Positions 38,001-46,580 of a stretch of DNA of 64,000 nt are shown here, piece by piece. The notes beneath the pieces are model-generated. The model searched no databases and had not been told where the DNA came from. It saw only the letters and a program-made list of their open reading frames with translations. Position numbers and translations under genes: made by a program. Source of the stretch: Lingula anatina (taxonomy: Eukaryota; Animalia; Brachiopoda). The stretch spans positions 25,178,401 through 25,242,400 of the forward strand of contig CM120641.1 in the NCBI GenBank assembly GCA_051362555.1, given 5' to 3'. The stretch's first letter is position 1; every line of letters begins with the position of its first letter.

Positions 38001-39591
38001 TTCTCGGATGGGATCACAAATTTCCCTTCAAAAAGAAAAGCATTTTGTGGAAGATGAGTCTTGGCAGAGAGCCACCTACAGGCAAGAAAGCCAAAGTCCT
38101 GGGAGACAGAAAACACAGACAGACCCAGTTACAATGTCTAGACCAAGCAAAAGTGGATCTTCAATAGGCCAAACAGTAGTTTTCAGTGGACCTATTAACA
38201 TAACCAACATTTCTCAGCCTAATCGTACTGCCATTCTACCTCCTCTTCGTCAAATGCCTAAGATGCTCGACAAACACAAACAAGGGGGAAATGATGAGAA
38301 ATCTGCAGATACCTCCTTGGAGGATGATGCACCACAGGGAGAAGCAAAATCAAGCATAGAAGCAGCTAGTGAAAAACTGGCTGAAGCTCTTTCAAATAAA
38401 ATCGAAAACAGACAGGGGGAGATGTGGTCAATAGACCAAGGACATCTCCATGAATTATCCCATGGCAGTAAAACAATATTGCAAAGCATCTATGGAAAAG
38501 AGATTCCTGGTACAAAGACAAAGACTGTCACAGATGAAATAGAGCATAAACCAGCACTTGACAGCTCTACCATCCCTCTCAGCAGCCAGCCTGTGAAAAC
38601 AGGTCAAGGTGACCGTTCCCTTAGTCATGTGGAACCTCAAGAAAATGACTGCAAGTCTGATGAAACCATTGAGGATATTGATATAGAAGGGACAGAAGCA
38701 AGCCAAAATGGTGACAGTGACCCACTGCCAAGCTATCCATCTGCCACGCGTCCAAATAGTTCAGATGTAGTTACAAGAAGAGAAAATCAATATGATTTAC
38801 CACCAAAATCAGGCAGGCTCTCTATTGCCACCCATAAACCATCCCAATATGAGCCAAACCTTGTAGCTCCAGAGAATAATCCTCCAAACTGTCAAGAAAA
38901 ACCACATCCACCAAGATGTTTCCTAGAATACGAGAAACCACAATCACCAACAAGTTTCAAAGAGAACATAGGTAGTTCACTGGAATCTGTGAATGTTCCA
39001 GAGTTGGAAAATCTTCGCCCAGGAAGTGCATCAAGTACTACATTTACTGTTATCTCAGATGATGGTGCTGTTCAGTATGGCAAGAGGCGAACTTCTCTGG
39101 CTTCAAGTGAAATAGACGCACATATTCCCATATTGGAAGACTCTAAAACCCATACAGAGAATTCTTGGAAACTGAAACCCAAAAGAAAAGTGGCACCAAG
39201 TCCTTCAGACCCAGTGCATTTTGAGCTGGGAGAGGCATGGAATATGAGCAATTTAGACAAAGGAAAAAAAGGAGCAGGTGAGGAATTTTTTGTGCATGAC
39301 GAGCAGGATTTTGAGGGAGCCAGTAGGCCAAGTTACAATGATATAGAACCAGATCACGAAGACAACAATCGTCAGCCATTTGGTGGCGAGACTTCATATC
39401 ATTCACCAGATGATGGTAGCATCAGAGCCTATGTACCCCAATCAAGTCAGGATTCAGTAACACCTAAGAAAAAGAAGAAAAAGTTGAAAAAGAAAAAGTC
39501 AAATTCCACTGAGAAAAAAAAGAAAACTCCAAAAGTGAAGTCTAATGAGGGATTTGGAGAGTACACAAATAAGTGGGAATCCACATTTTGA
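3840..39591 (+). CDS. Large non-classical cadherin (FN3 + ~24 EC repeats + TM + long cytoplasmic tail), 24 exons in window, 5'-partial, about 3,330 aa
   Basis: Exons 3840-4009, 9957-10080, 10427-10501, 12017-15771, 16228-16329, 17313-17432, 17792-19300, 20112-20292, 20579-20676, 21085-21228, 22211-22307, 22718-22999, 23493-23611, 24162-24375, 24722-24933, 25674-25844, 28942-29071, 29413-29603, 33724-33845, 35083-35252, 35967-36024, 36660-36753, 37040-37077, 37776-39591. All have AG acceptors, GT donors (one GC) and compatible phases. Repeated PEN, LDRE/LDYE, DxNDNxPxF and AxDxD motifs. Confidence 0.9.
4294..5440 (+). mobile_element. HINE/DINE-1-like non-autonomous Helentron, family A
   Basis: 5' hairpin TATGTACAGACAC-agat-GTGTCTGTACATA, (GCCGAT)n microsatellite, 3' subterminal TGTCTGTACAT plus small hairpin GACAGC-ttt-GCTGCC; T-rich insertion site. 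Confidence 0.75.
5589..5706. mobile_element. MITE family C, truncated
   Basis: GGGGAGTCTCACTA...GGGGGTAATT shared with other copies; ends where element B starts. Confidence 0.6.
6640..7980 (+). repeat. Tandem array of ~146-bp units (about 9-10, some partial)
   Basis: CTGGCAGAGATAGGTCCATAGTTACTATTGAA recurs at 6661, 6807, 6952, ~7097, ~7240 and onward. Confidence 0.9.
8000..8078 (+). repeat. (TA)n plus poly-T
   Basis: Direct reading. Confidence 0.95.
8246..9889 (+). mobile_element. HINE-like element B2 present as a head-to-tail dimer (~8300-9093 and ~9095-9889)
   Basis: 5' AGGATTCCCC hairpin and (TTC)n(TTA)n; each copy ends GGGGAATCCT + hairpin ACTGGC-ttca/ttta-GCCAGT + CTAGTT. Confidence 0.8.
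9957..10080 (+). CDS. Cadherin gene exon: second half of FN3 domain
   Basis: tactag|GAG...CATA|gtaagt; EKWVIIDGLLPRRCYYFSLYSYLPNEGFGPGYS matches FN3 GLxPxxxYxF...GxGPxS signature; not in ORF track. Confidence 0.8.
10427..10501 (+). CDS. Cadherin gene exon: start of EC1
   Basis: ttacag|TA...ACAG|gtgaga; PESPFKFVPEKLDLSVPENTSLGT. Confidence 0.8.
10675..10900. mobile_element. MITE family C
   Basis: Reverse-oriented match to 2723-2934; TTA on both sides. Confidence 0.75.
12017..15771 (+). CDS. Cadherin gene giant exon (3,755 bp; ~EC1-EC13)
   Basis: Inside ORF 11956-15807; ttttag acceptor, ACA|gtaagt donor; about 12 cadherin repeats. Confidence 0.95.
16228..16329 (+). CDS. Cadherin gene exon
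   Basis: GFIYTNQTFDREQDDNYIVYVMALEQGLDSCQAA; cag/gtgagt sites. Confidence 0.9.
16568..16811. mobile_element. MITE family C, diverged
   Basis: GCTTAAATGTCTGTCTTGCCTACTAAAGCTG core; TAA on both sides. Confidence 0.65.
17313..17432 (+). CDS. Cadherin gene exon
   Basis: VIAIVNITITDVNDNPPVFTSQTYEGRVSEN. Confidence 0.92.
17792..19300 (+). CDS. Cadherin gene exon (1,509 bp, ~EC14-18), ends at a GC donor
   Basis: ORF 17786-19369; canonical LDRE and DVNDNAPEF repeats; GAG|gcaagt. Confidence 0.92.
20112..20292 (+). CDS. Cadherin gene exon
   Basis: VQVNIKDINDNSPVF...AEDTDTGLN. Confidence 0.9.
20579..20676 (+). CDS. Cadherin gene exon
   Basis: HFSINSTTGVVEVIKPFDRD; gtaagt donor. Confidence 0.9.
21085..21228 (+). 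CDS. Cadherin gene exon
   Basis: AIDGGNRSSSKNVSLEIQDINDIAPVI; donor ATA|gtaggt chosen by phase. Confidence 0.85.
22211..22307 (+). CDS. Cadherin gene exon
   Basis: LLVVDSFDNDTTQGEVTYFL...FVID. Confidence 0.85.
22718..22999 (+). CDS. Cadherin gene exon
   Basis: TGELTMTNNTFDYE...LVDINDNAPIF...AEDMD; CAG|gtaagt. Confidence 0.92.
23493..23611 (+). CDS. Cadherin gene exon
   Basis: SFVINSSTGLIT...FTVSATDG. Confidence 0.9.
23729..23896. mobile_element. MITE family D
   Basis: TIR CAGGGGCGGAT / ATCCGCCCCTG flanked by ACATT direct repeats; other copies at ~295-462, ~32600-32765, ~40432-40572. Confidence 0.8.
24162..24375 (+). CDS. Cadherin gene exon
   Basis: VVISVTSENAYPPVFNQSVY...ATDDD. Confidence 0.88.
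24562..24622 (+). repeat. (TG)n microsatellite; TG/CA tracts also at 10598-10642, 22535-22582, 62603-62650
   Basis: Direct reading. Confidence 0.95.
24722..24933 (+). CDS. Cadherin gene exon
   Basis: LEYDKPTVSLTVVATDN...NQKPVF; gtgagt donor. Confidence 0.88.
25674..25844 (+). CDS. Cadherin gene exon
   Basis: IEAVDKDE...YFKIDKYTGILQL; gtaagt donor. Confidence 0.9.
26494..28541 (+). mobile_element. Decayed THAP-containing PIF/Harbinger-superfamily (ISL2EU-like) DNA transposon in a cadherin intron
   Basis: TIRs AGCCTTTTTCATCTTTTCCGGAAAT / ATTTCCGCAAAAGATGAAAAAGGTCT; broken THAP from ATG 26583 (MAGFTC...FNKFPTNP...RVCAEHFEGG); KFYTG motif near 26996. Confidence 0.7.
28942..29071 (+). CDS. Cadherin gene exon
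   Basis: VVIRARDP...NLFPPKFQ; gtaagt donor. Confidence 0.85.
29413..29603 (+). CDS. Cadherin gene exon
   Basis: INEE...VHATDGDD...LVYSL; gtgagt donor. Confidence 0.88.
31999..32084 (+). repeat. (AT)n microsatellite; also 48114-48180
   Basis: Direct reading. Confidence 0.95.
32133..32366 (+). mobile_element. Short HINE-like element E nested in family A
   Basis: CTCTGCCAAGGAGGTTAT...CCTTGGCAGAGGTCTGCACTCTCGGAGTGCTTTTCTAGTT; 3' part also at 1-54. Confidence 0.7.
33140..33650 (+). repeat. Degenerate C/A-rich low-complexity tract
   Basis: Repeated CCACC/ATCCC/CACCC, very few G on + strand. Confidence 0.8.
33724..33845 (+). CDS. Cadherin gene exon (end of last EC repeat)
   Basis: NITQNASNGTI...LNVRDNG; phase 0/2 fits neighbours. 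Confidence 0.82.
35083..35252 (+). CDS. Cadherin gene exon: Thr/Ser-rich juxtamembrane stalk
   Basis: KTIPLLIYEEPGPSTTTEAPTTTEG...; CAG|gtatga. Confidence 0.82.
35967..36024 (+). CDS. Cadherin gene exon: transmembrane helix
   Basis: VGTLAAVNGILIILLILSYW; tttcag / gtgagt. Confidence 0.85.
36660..36753 (+). CDS. Cadherin gene exon: basic stop-transfer segment
   Basis: KTLKKCKKPSFKLKRE...; weak donor AAT|gtaaaa chosen by phase. Confidence 0.7.
37040..37077 (+). CDS. Cadherin gene 38-bp mini-exon
   Basis: tttcag|SMFPSGDYSYIK|gtgagt; needed to link phase 0 to phase 2. Confidence 0.7.
37776..39591 (+). CDS. Cadherin gene terminal exon: low-complexity cytoplasmic tail
   Basis: ORF 37591-39591; acceptor ttcttattttcag; S/P/E/K-rich; ends KWESTF-stop. 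Confidence 0.88.
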
Positions 39592-40004
39592 ATTGTTTCA
39601 TACCCCTGTAAGACATTATCTCTTATGTGACTTATTACTTGTATGTAGTTATTGTAAATCACCTGTATATTTTACATAAAACTTTGCAGTTTGTGTTAAC
39701 ATTGAACCAACTGAAGCAGGACTGTAGCTAGAAACATCAAAAGGGGTCCTTTTTCTGTAAAATTAATGTAAAATTTTTACAAATTTGAGAAATGGCATAG
39801 AACCTGGTTCAGAGCAGATGTTTTCTGGTCTTGGGGCAGTTCTTTCTTACTCCCCAAACCCCCTGCTTTTAGGCAGGGGAAACCAGCCACAGTCTCATGT
39901 ATCAAAGTTTGGCACTTTACAGTGTTTTCTTTGTATATATTGATTGATACTATATTATCAGTATATTATCAATATTTTATATTTTTAATTACAGCTATAA
40001 TATA

Positions 40005-40010
40005 AATAAA
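40005..40010 (+). promoter_or_regulatory. Candidate polyadenylation signal of cadherin gene
   Basis: AATAAA about 410 bp after the stop; further AATAAA near 40082 and 40100. Confidence 0.35.
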
Positions 40011-40605
40011 GAATCATTGTACTCGATATTTAACACATTTTGTAAATAGATGAAGGTGTTTAAAATACAGAATGAAAAAAAAATAAATTGTAAATGCACA
40101 ATAAAAAAACGATTGTTTGAGAATGATATCCCTGTAATAATAAGATAAAATGTAATAATTGTAAAGAGTACTCTTTTTTGTCTTTTGCAGAAATCTGAAT
40201 AAACTTTAGGTTTGTGCTTTTTTATCACATATATATTATACAAACATGCTGCGCTTCAATGTGTATCAAACATGATTGCAAGTTGGACAGTGAATCGTTC
40301 CAAGTACATGTACTAATTACAAAGAAATATTACATTACATTACTCAATAAACTGCTACGAAACACTTTGTTGCCTTTCTGTTGTAGTTACACCATTATTG
40401 GACAGAGGCTGTTTGATAGTATATCATATTACAGGAGCAGATCCGTAGCTATTTTCTGATAGTGTTCCAAATTATCTTTGTTGATCCATCCTCCAATTTT
40501 GACCGCCTTCCAACAGAAAAAAATTTGACACCTGTCAATGTAAACTTGAAAATCTGATCGTCTTCTGGAAGAAGTGACACACATAAGAGGGGCTGGCCAC
40601 TGTAA

Positions 40606-40820
40606 GGCTCTGTTCTCACAACTTTTAGATCGATCTATCACCGCGGGGAGTCTCACTAGATTACTGTCAGATAATCCGCCTTAAGTGTCCATCCCCGCCT
40701 ACTACAAGCTATAAGGGGTAATTAACTTTCGTGTCCGCCCGGCTGACAGCTATTTAGCGTGAACACCCAGGGAGTTAGGTCGATCCAATGTAGGTCGATC
40801 TAATCTATGAGAATGGGGTG
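40606..40820. mobile_element. MITE family C
   Basis: Close match to 10675-10900; TAA on both sides. Confidence 0.75.
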
Positions 40821-41387
40821 TAAGACTCCTTATGACACAACCTGCATCTTCTGTAGACCAACTTATGAGCTGTGCACAGAATGAAGTTGGCCTGAACTCC
40901 TCTCCCACGTACACTACAGGGGAATGCCCCCGACTCCTTCACCTCGTCCTTGTTATTGCCCCCCCCCCCCCCCACCATACTGTATATATTAACATTTTTT
41001 TTTATTATTTAAAGTGAACGAGCGGAATAATTGTTTGTTTTAGTGGAACTTAACTTACATCAGTCTAGCAGCTTTAATCACTAAAAAAATCACTAGATTA
41101 GAAGGGAGTAAGATGTCTACTCTAACGTTTCAAAAATGTCTAAAGTGTAATTTTTTTAATAACCCAAAAAACTAGCTTGTGGCTACTTTCGCGGTGTCGC
41201 CCAGCTTTTGAAAGCTGAAAAATAAACTTCATGACGTCTTTGATCGTCTTTGTTGCAGGTCACATATTTTAGTTGTTTGATGTTTTTGTAATATTCAGTT
41301 ATTTCGATGAAAAGCTTGACGTTATGGTGACAGGACACAGTCAAATGTTTTACACGAAACTCAGCAATCGGCATTCTCTTATTAAAA

Positions 41388-41599
41388 GGCCCCTTTAAAC
41401 TGGACGGCGCCCTTTCTGTATCTCTTGGTACGGCCCCATTTTAGAGCGAAATATATAAACATTAACGTGCTGAAAACTGGCCGATTATTGAGCATTCATT
41501 CTGCAGCTAAAGCGATGTTTGTAGCCTACCTCCTTTCTACGATCACAGTGATGTCAGTTTCATGATCGCAGAAAGGACGCCGTCCAGTGTAAGGGGGGC
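41388..41599. mobile_element. Harbinger-like MITE
   Basis: TIR GGCCCCTTTAAACTGGACGGCGCCCTTTCTG / CAGAAAGGACGCCGTCCAGTGTAAGGGGGGC. Confidence 0.7.
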
Positions 41600-42962
41600 T
41601 TAGAAAGATATTTAAAAAATCTTTGTTACCTGGCATTGTGAAAAATATACTTGAAGTTGGGGACAAAATGAATCAGTAAAATAAATGTGTACAAAAAAAA
41701 ACTGAAGAGAGCTAACGCCAAAATGTATTAGGTAGCCTATTATTATGGGAAGGTATTAGGTAGCCTATTATTATGAAAAGGTGTTTTTAAAATGCTTTAT
41801 TTCTTAACAAAATATCAGGATGCATCATTACAGAGAACGGTCTGTTAGGTTAGGCCATCGGACTCGAATCTGCTTATTTCCATACATCTCTATTCAAGCT
41901 AGAAAAAAAAACTTATGAGTATTAAATTGAACCCTTCATTACTGCCTGTCTCCCATTTAGAAAATACAATCGACTCATTAGATGAATACATTTAGCAAAC
42001 CGATATGGCTTAATGCTCGTTCATGCACCACAAAAAAAAACGCTCTCTTTTTTTACCCCCCCCCCCCCTCCCCATCTCCCCTCCCAAACATCTTTCCCTG
42101 AAGTCGAGCGAACACTTGCGGAACGCTTTGGTAAACTATCGTGTTGTGCACCGCCCTGCCCTGGACAGAATGGAGCGTTCACGTGAGTACACCTCTGGCT
42201 AGCTTACATGTACCAAAACCACGGATATAGCAATATATATGTCATTAGTGACACAGTTTGTTTTATGTCTAATGCGTCTCCGGTAAAGGTCTCGCTCTTT
42301 TAGTTTGGATTCGTAGTCTCTGAGCAATAAGCCTTTTCGTGTTCTTTTTGCACAACGGCTCAAATGACTACATGTATATAGTAACATGGGCTGTAGGGGG
42401 CGCCATCTTTTTCGCTCATTTATCACCTGGTTCTGTCACGAGGTGTAACAGCAAATCCCGTCAGTGATGAAAGTTCCCATTAGTGGGTGTTAAGCGCGAA
42501 AATACGAGGGGATCTTTGGCATTTTTAAATACTGGCCGATCCATCGTTCCATGTCAAATTCGGACTTAGAGACACCTACTGATAAAAACTTTGATATTAA
42601 AATCATGAACACAATTCAAAATCCATTCTTCTTATCTCAACCCAATATAGGATTTCATGCTGCAATTCTGTGACCTCGTCTGAAATGCAATAGGCATAAA
42701 ATAAAACGTGTTACTAATGCAATAATACGGTTTTCCAAGAGTAAAGATAAAGAATAGAATACACGCACTGTTCCTAAAATAAGCTGAGATCGTGAAAACG
42801 TTAAGAAGTAGATCACCTTTGACAATCAGTCACGATATCACTCGAGTCTGGGACCCATCAGGTAAGTTTAATGGACCCTAGCTTGAGAACAGTTCTTCTG
42901 GCAACGCAATAAAGAAGTCAGTAGACTGGAACTCGTGTTGTTGAAGTTCAGATAAACCCATG

Positions 42963-43218
42963 GTACCAGCTGGACCGATCTAACTTTACGGGAAATTTCT
43001 CTCAGTGCAATCACTGTAATCTTAATTGCTAAACTGCACTCAGGTTAATCAGTTTAAATGTCTGACACGCCTCCTCGAGCTGGGGTATTTAAGCCGAGCG
43101 CTCACGAAAGCTAATTACCCCGTAGATACTCAACGAGGTGTGTCAGAGAATTAAGCTGATTAAAGTGAATGCAATTTAGCGAGAATCGCCGACAGAGTTG
43201 GATCGATCCAGCTGGTAC
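42963..43218. mobile_element. Palindromic MITE related to family C
   Basis: TIR GTACCAGCTGGACCGATC / GATCGATCCAGCTGGTAC; internal TTAAATGTCTGACACGCCT / AGGTGTGTCAGAGAATTAA. Confidence 0.6.
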
Positions 43219-44609
43219 ATGTACGATGTTTGAATACGAATGCGATCTTTGATGTAAAAAAGCGCAGTCCTCTGTTTTTTTTATTTATTTTTATTTTTTG
43301 ACAATACACTTTTGCATCCTTTGTTTTCATTAGCAAAAAAGATTAACTAAAACGATATTCTGAGAATCCTGTGAAAGCTTAATTATTTACTTTATTTGTG
43401 GACGAGACTAATCTAATGTGAAGCTTATTAAATATTGATTTGTAATAATTGGGGACTGCTGTGGGGTTGACCACAGTAACCGGATAGCGTTAATTCCTTC
43501 GGAAATTAATGTTGGAGAAAAAGCGCAGGTCCATTTTCCTCACAGAGCATTTTTATTATAATAAACAGAAGCCATATAAGCAAGGAGCTAACCTTTCAAA
43601 AAAATCGGACAGAATTTATCAATTCACAAAAATTTTGTCACGAACTTATTAAGGGAAAGTGCTTGTAGTATGGTCTGTCGGGATCTCTGGGGCATAGCTG
43701 TTCGGTCGCTTCGAACTGATTTAGGTAACACAAGGGAGAAAGGAGAGCACGCCAGTCCGTCTGTGTCATTATGAAATCATGTGAAAATGTCACTATATAC
43801 TCACACTTCCAACATGCATGTCCAAATATCTTTTTCGTATCTTATTTTCGGTAGCTTTTTTTTATCACCCCCCTCCCCACGATCCCGGTGTTACCTTTCT
43901 AACACGGTTAATGTTAGCAGAAAAGAGACCGGCCTTTCTTTTTTAACAGTTAAATTATACCAGTGGTATGTATTTAGTATGAAATCGAGAATTAGATCAA
44001 TTTTGTAATATATTTCTTCTGACCAAGTGTTATTTGTTCTCCGCAAAGTTGCCGCCACTTTTCATTTTCGATATCCATCCTTGTGTGGTGGATAAAATGC
44101 AAAACAAACCTCCACTTTCACCAATTTAATCATTGTCATCAATATTCAAACATGCCCTTTAGCTTTTTTGTTGTGCTTCTTTCAACAATCGGTGACTAAA
44201 GATCACAGTGTATGTAGACTTTATTTAGCCTTTCCACAACATTCACTGTAGAAGCGATAAAGCCTAAATACAACAGCCAAGATTGTTAAAACAATAATCA
44301 ACATCTACGGATCACAGTAGAAGTGATTCAGCATAAAATACTGTTAACATGTACGGATCACTGTAGCAACAACGCGTTACCACTTTTTACGTCTCTTTTC
44401 ACTCATGTATTCATTTATTATAGTGTCCTATATTTAGAAATCACTCAGCACTGTTGGAGGCCACTTTATTTCTAAAACAGCCGACATTGGTATCCTCTGC
44501 TATCGGGGCCTTCTAAAACAGTATACAAAATTTAAGTATGATAAAAAAATAACACACTTGTAACAAACTTCTCTAGCGCCCCCGTGATCAGAGAGTTCGT
44601 GCTTGGCTG

Positions 44610-46022
44610 GTGTTACGAATTGTGGTTATAATCTTTGCCATTTGTTTGACTGTTTTGTTTTTTACCTTTCCAGAGTTAGCAAGCAGTCAAACACAAAAAG
44701 GTGACAATATTGCCCAAAACTTTACGAAATCAATCATTTATCTTTTGAAAATCACCGTACTCTTTTACATGATTCATTTTAATAACACACTGCCAAGTGG
44801 CGTTGAAGTGAGTTTTGATTGCAATGCTCCGTCGGTGGCAGTTCGATATATAGAAGGTCCCGGAAACTTTCACACAACAGGTGAAAAGGGGTACGTCTTC
44901 ATAGATGGGTTCTATATTGATGTAGAGTGCCACGTACATATGGAACCCAAAAAGATGAAAATCGACATCGGTCGCTGTGGTATTAGAGTGAGCGTGAATT
45001 TCAGGACAGTTTTTCAAGATGACGTGGGCTATTTTCTGGCGACCAACGACCAGATGCACACCTTCTGCTGTAATAGCGGGGAATTAAAATCCAATGTCAC
45101 ATTGATCAATTCCACGATTCGAGGTCGTGCGGGAAATATCACACCAGAGGTGGGGATGGTAATGAGCGGTCGCGTTCCACCAATGGAGGCAACCGTGAAC
45201 ATGGAAATCCGCCGAGCGTCAGATATGGGACTTATTCCATCTGAAGGGTCAGCCACAGTGGCACCGGGGGAGAACGTGACTCTCGTACTTAAAGTCTTGC
45301 CTAGTAACTCTTTGAATATTACTGTGAACAGGTGCTGGGCCGCCGCTGCCATTGACGCATCAGACGCGTGGAAATCGGTAGAGCTTATATACGGCGGATG
45401 CCCTGCCGTGTGGTTTATTAGCGATCTCATCCAAAGTGCAGACGACCGTTCACTGCGTGCGACATTTCCAATGATTCTTATCACCCCATGGCATAGCTCC
45501 GGTTGGGGGCAAATGAACTTTTTTTGCACCTTGACTGTTTGCGACAACAATAAAACTGAGGATGCTTGTCATCAAAATATTTGTCCAGTTGATAATCGGA
45601 CCATGCCTCCTCCAAGGGAAAAGAGGCAAACTAATGGAGACGGCAAGCTTGCCCTAGACAAGGGCGTGTTTGATGATGAACACGAATCAGGATTTCTGGC
45701 TCTGCGTTACTCACTTTGGGTGTTTGATCCTGGGAATTCAAAGTTAATTAATTTTAAATCCTCTGCTGTGACTTTATCAGAGAAAAAAGAGTCGGGTTCA
45801 TTTACTTTTCAGAGTGGCACAAGCGAAGCACTCTGTCCATCCCAACTGATATGTGTAAAGAAAGTAGAGATAATTATTGTTATGTGTGGTATTGGCATGT
45901 TGTTTATATGCTACTTCACTATAACCTTTCGGTTTTGCATTCAGAAGTTAAGCAACAATGACAGAAGTCGTTTTCACATACGAAAGAGTTATATTTATGT
46001 GATAAATTCTACTAAGGGTTGA
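44610..46022 (+). CDS. ZP (zona pellucida) domain membrane-anchored protein, cuticlin/vitelline-envelope-like; true start unresolved
   Basis: ZP-N Cys pattern (VSFDCNAPSVAVRY, VECH, GRCG, HTFCC); ZP-C motifs (PGENVTL, VNRCWA, LIYGGCP, FFCTLTVC...C...C); furin site REKR; hydrophobic patch LRYSLWV; C-terminal TM IIIVMCGIGMLFICYFTITF. The ORF starts at GTG; possible acceptors end at 44576 or 44673. Confidence 0.85.
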   Translation: MLRIVVIIFAICLTVLFFTFPELASSQTQKGDNIAQNFTKSIIYLLKITVLFYMIHFNNTLPSGVEVSFDCNAPSVAVRYIEGPGNFHTTGEKGYVFIDGFYIDVECHVHMEPKKMKIDIGRCGIRVSVNFRTVFQDDVGYFLATNDQMHTFCCNSGELKSNVTLINSTIRGRAGNITPEVGMVMSGRVPPMEATVNMEIRRASDMGLIPSEGSATVAPGENVTLVLKVLPSNSLNITVNRCWAAAAIDASDAWKSVELIYGGCPAVWFISDLIQSADDRSLRATFPMILITPWHSSGWGQMNFFCTLTVCDNNKTEDACHQNICPVDNRTMPPPREKRQTNGDGKLALDKGVFDDEHESGFLALRYSLWVFDPGNSKLINFKSSAVTLSEKKESGSFTFQSGTSEALCPSQLICVKKVEIIIVMCGIGMLFICYFTITFRFCIQKLSNNDRSRFHIRKSYIYVINSTKG

Positions 46023-46059
46023 TATGCTGATGGATTAAGACGTGACGATCGTGTCTTGT

Positions 46060-46580
46060 GGCATCAGGACACCCTCCCCCTCACCATTCCCCGAACAACC
46101 CCCCGGACAATCCCCTCTCTGGACAATTTCCCTTCACTGTAATGAACATAATTATGAGAATGAACAATGTGATATTGAGAAAAATTACAAACCCCTGCAT
46201 TTAATAGATGCAAAATGTATCTACCGGTGGAGTTGGGTAAACAGGCATTTATACAGGCATCCCTTTGATAAACTAAATGATACTTTGAATTGTTCCCTCC
46301 CCCCTCCTTTCATCACGATGCCTGTCTATAATCAGAGTGCTTCGTCAGGTAAAGGTGGGGTAAGCAGATAATATCCATCCATTGAGCAGCTTACTGTCAG
46401 TTTCAATTGTAAAATATTCAAGAAATGTGTAAATGCCTTAAATAAAAAATGGATAATGCAAAGCGGTATATTTTCTTTCTTGGGAAGGGGGTAGGGGTTG
46501 TCTTGGAGAGTTGGATTGTCCGTGGGGGTTGTCGTTTGCGGAATTGTCCGGGGGGAGGGGGGTTATCCGTGGGGTCAAGG
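46060..46580. mobile_element. Degenerate inverted-repeat element just after the ZP stop codon
   Basis: C-rich GGACAA repeats at 46065-46135 are complementary to G-rich TTGTCC repeats at 46480-46575. Confidence 0.5.

Noticed and set aside
11956-39591. Treating ORFs 11956-15807, 17786-19369 and 37591-39591 as separate genes
   Set aside because: Their ends are intronic read-through; splice sites and phases join them into one gene.
3840-39591. Naming the gene Fat, Fat4, Dachsous or CDH23
   Set aside because: No EGF/LamG region, about 24 repeats, an FN3 domain and an unrecognised tail; orthology cannot be assigned by eye.
44730-45550. Minus-strand ORFs overlapping the ZP gene
   Set aside because: Antisense shadows of a coding region with no motifs; same for those opposite the cadherin exons.
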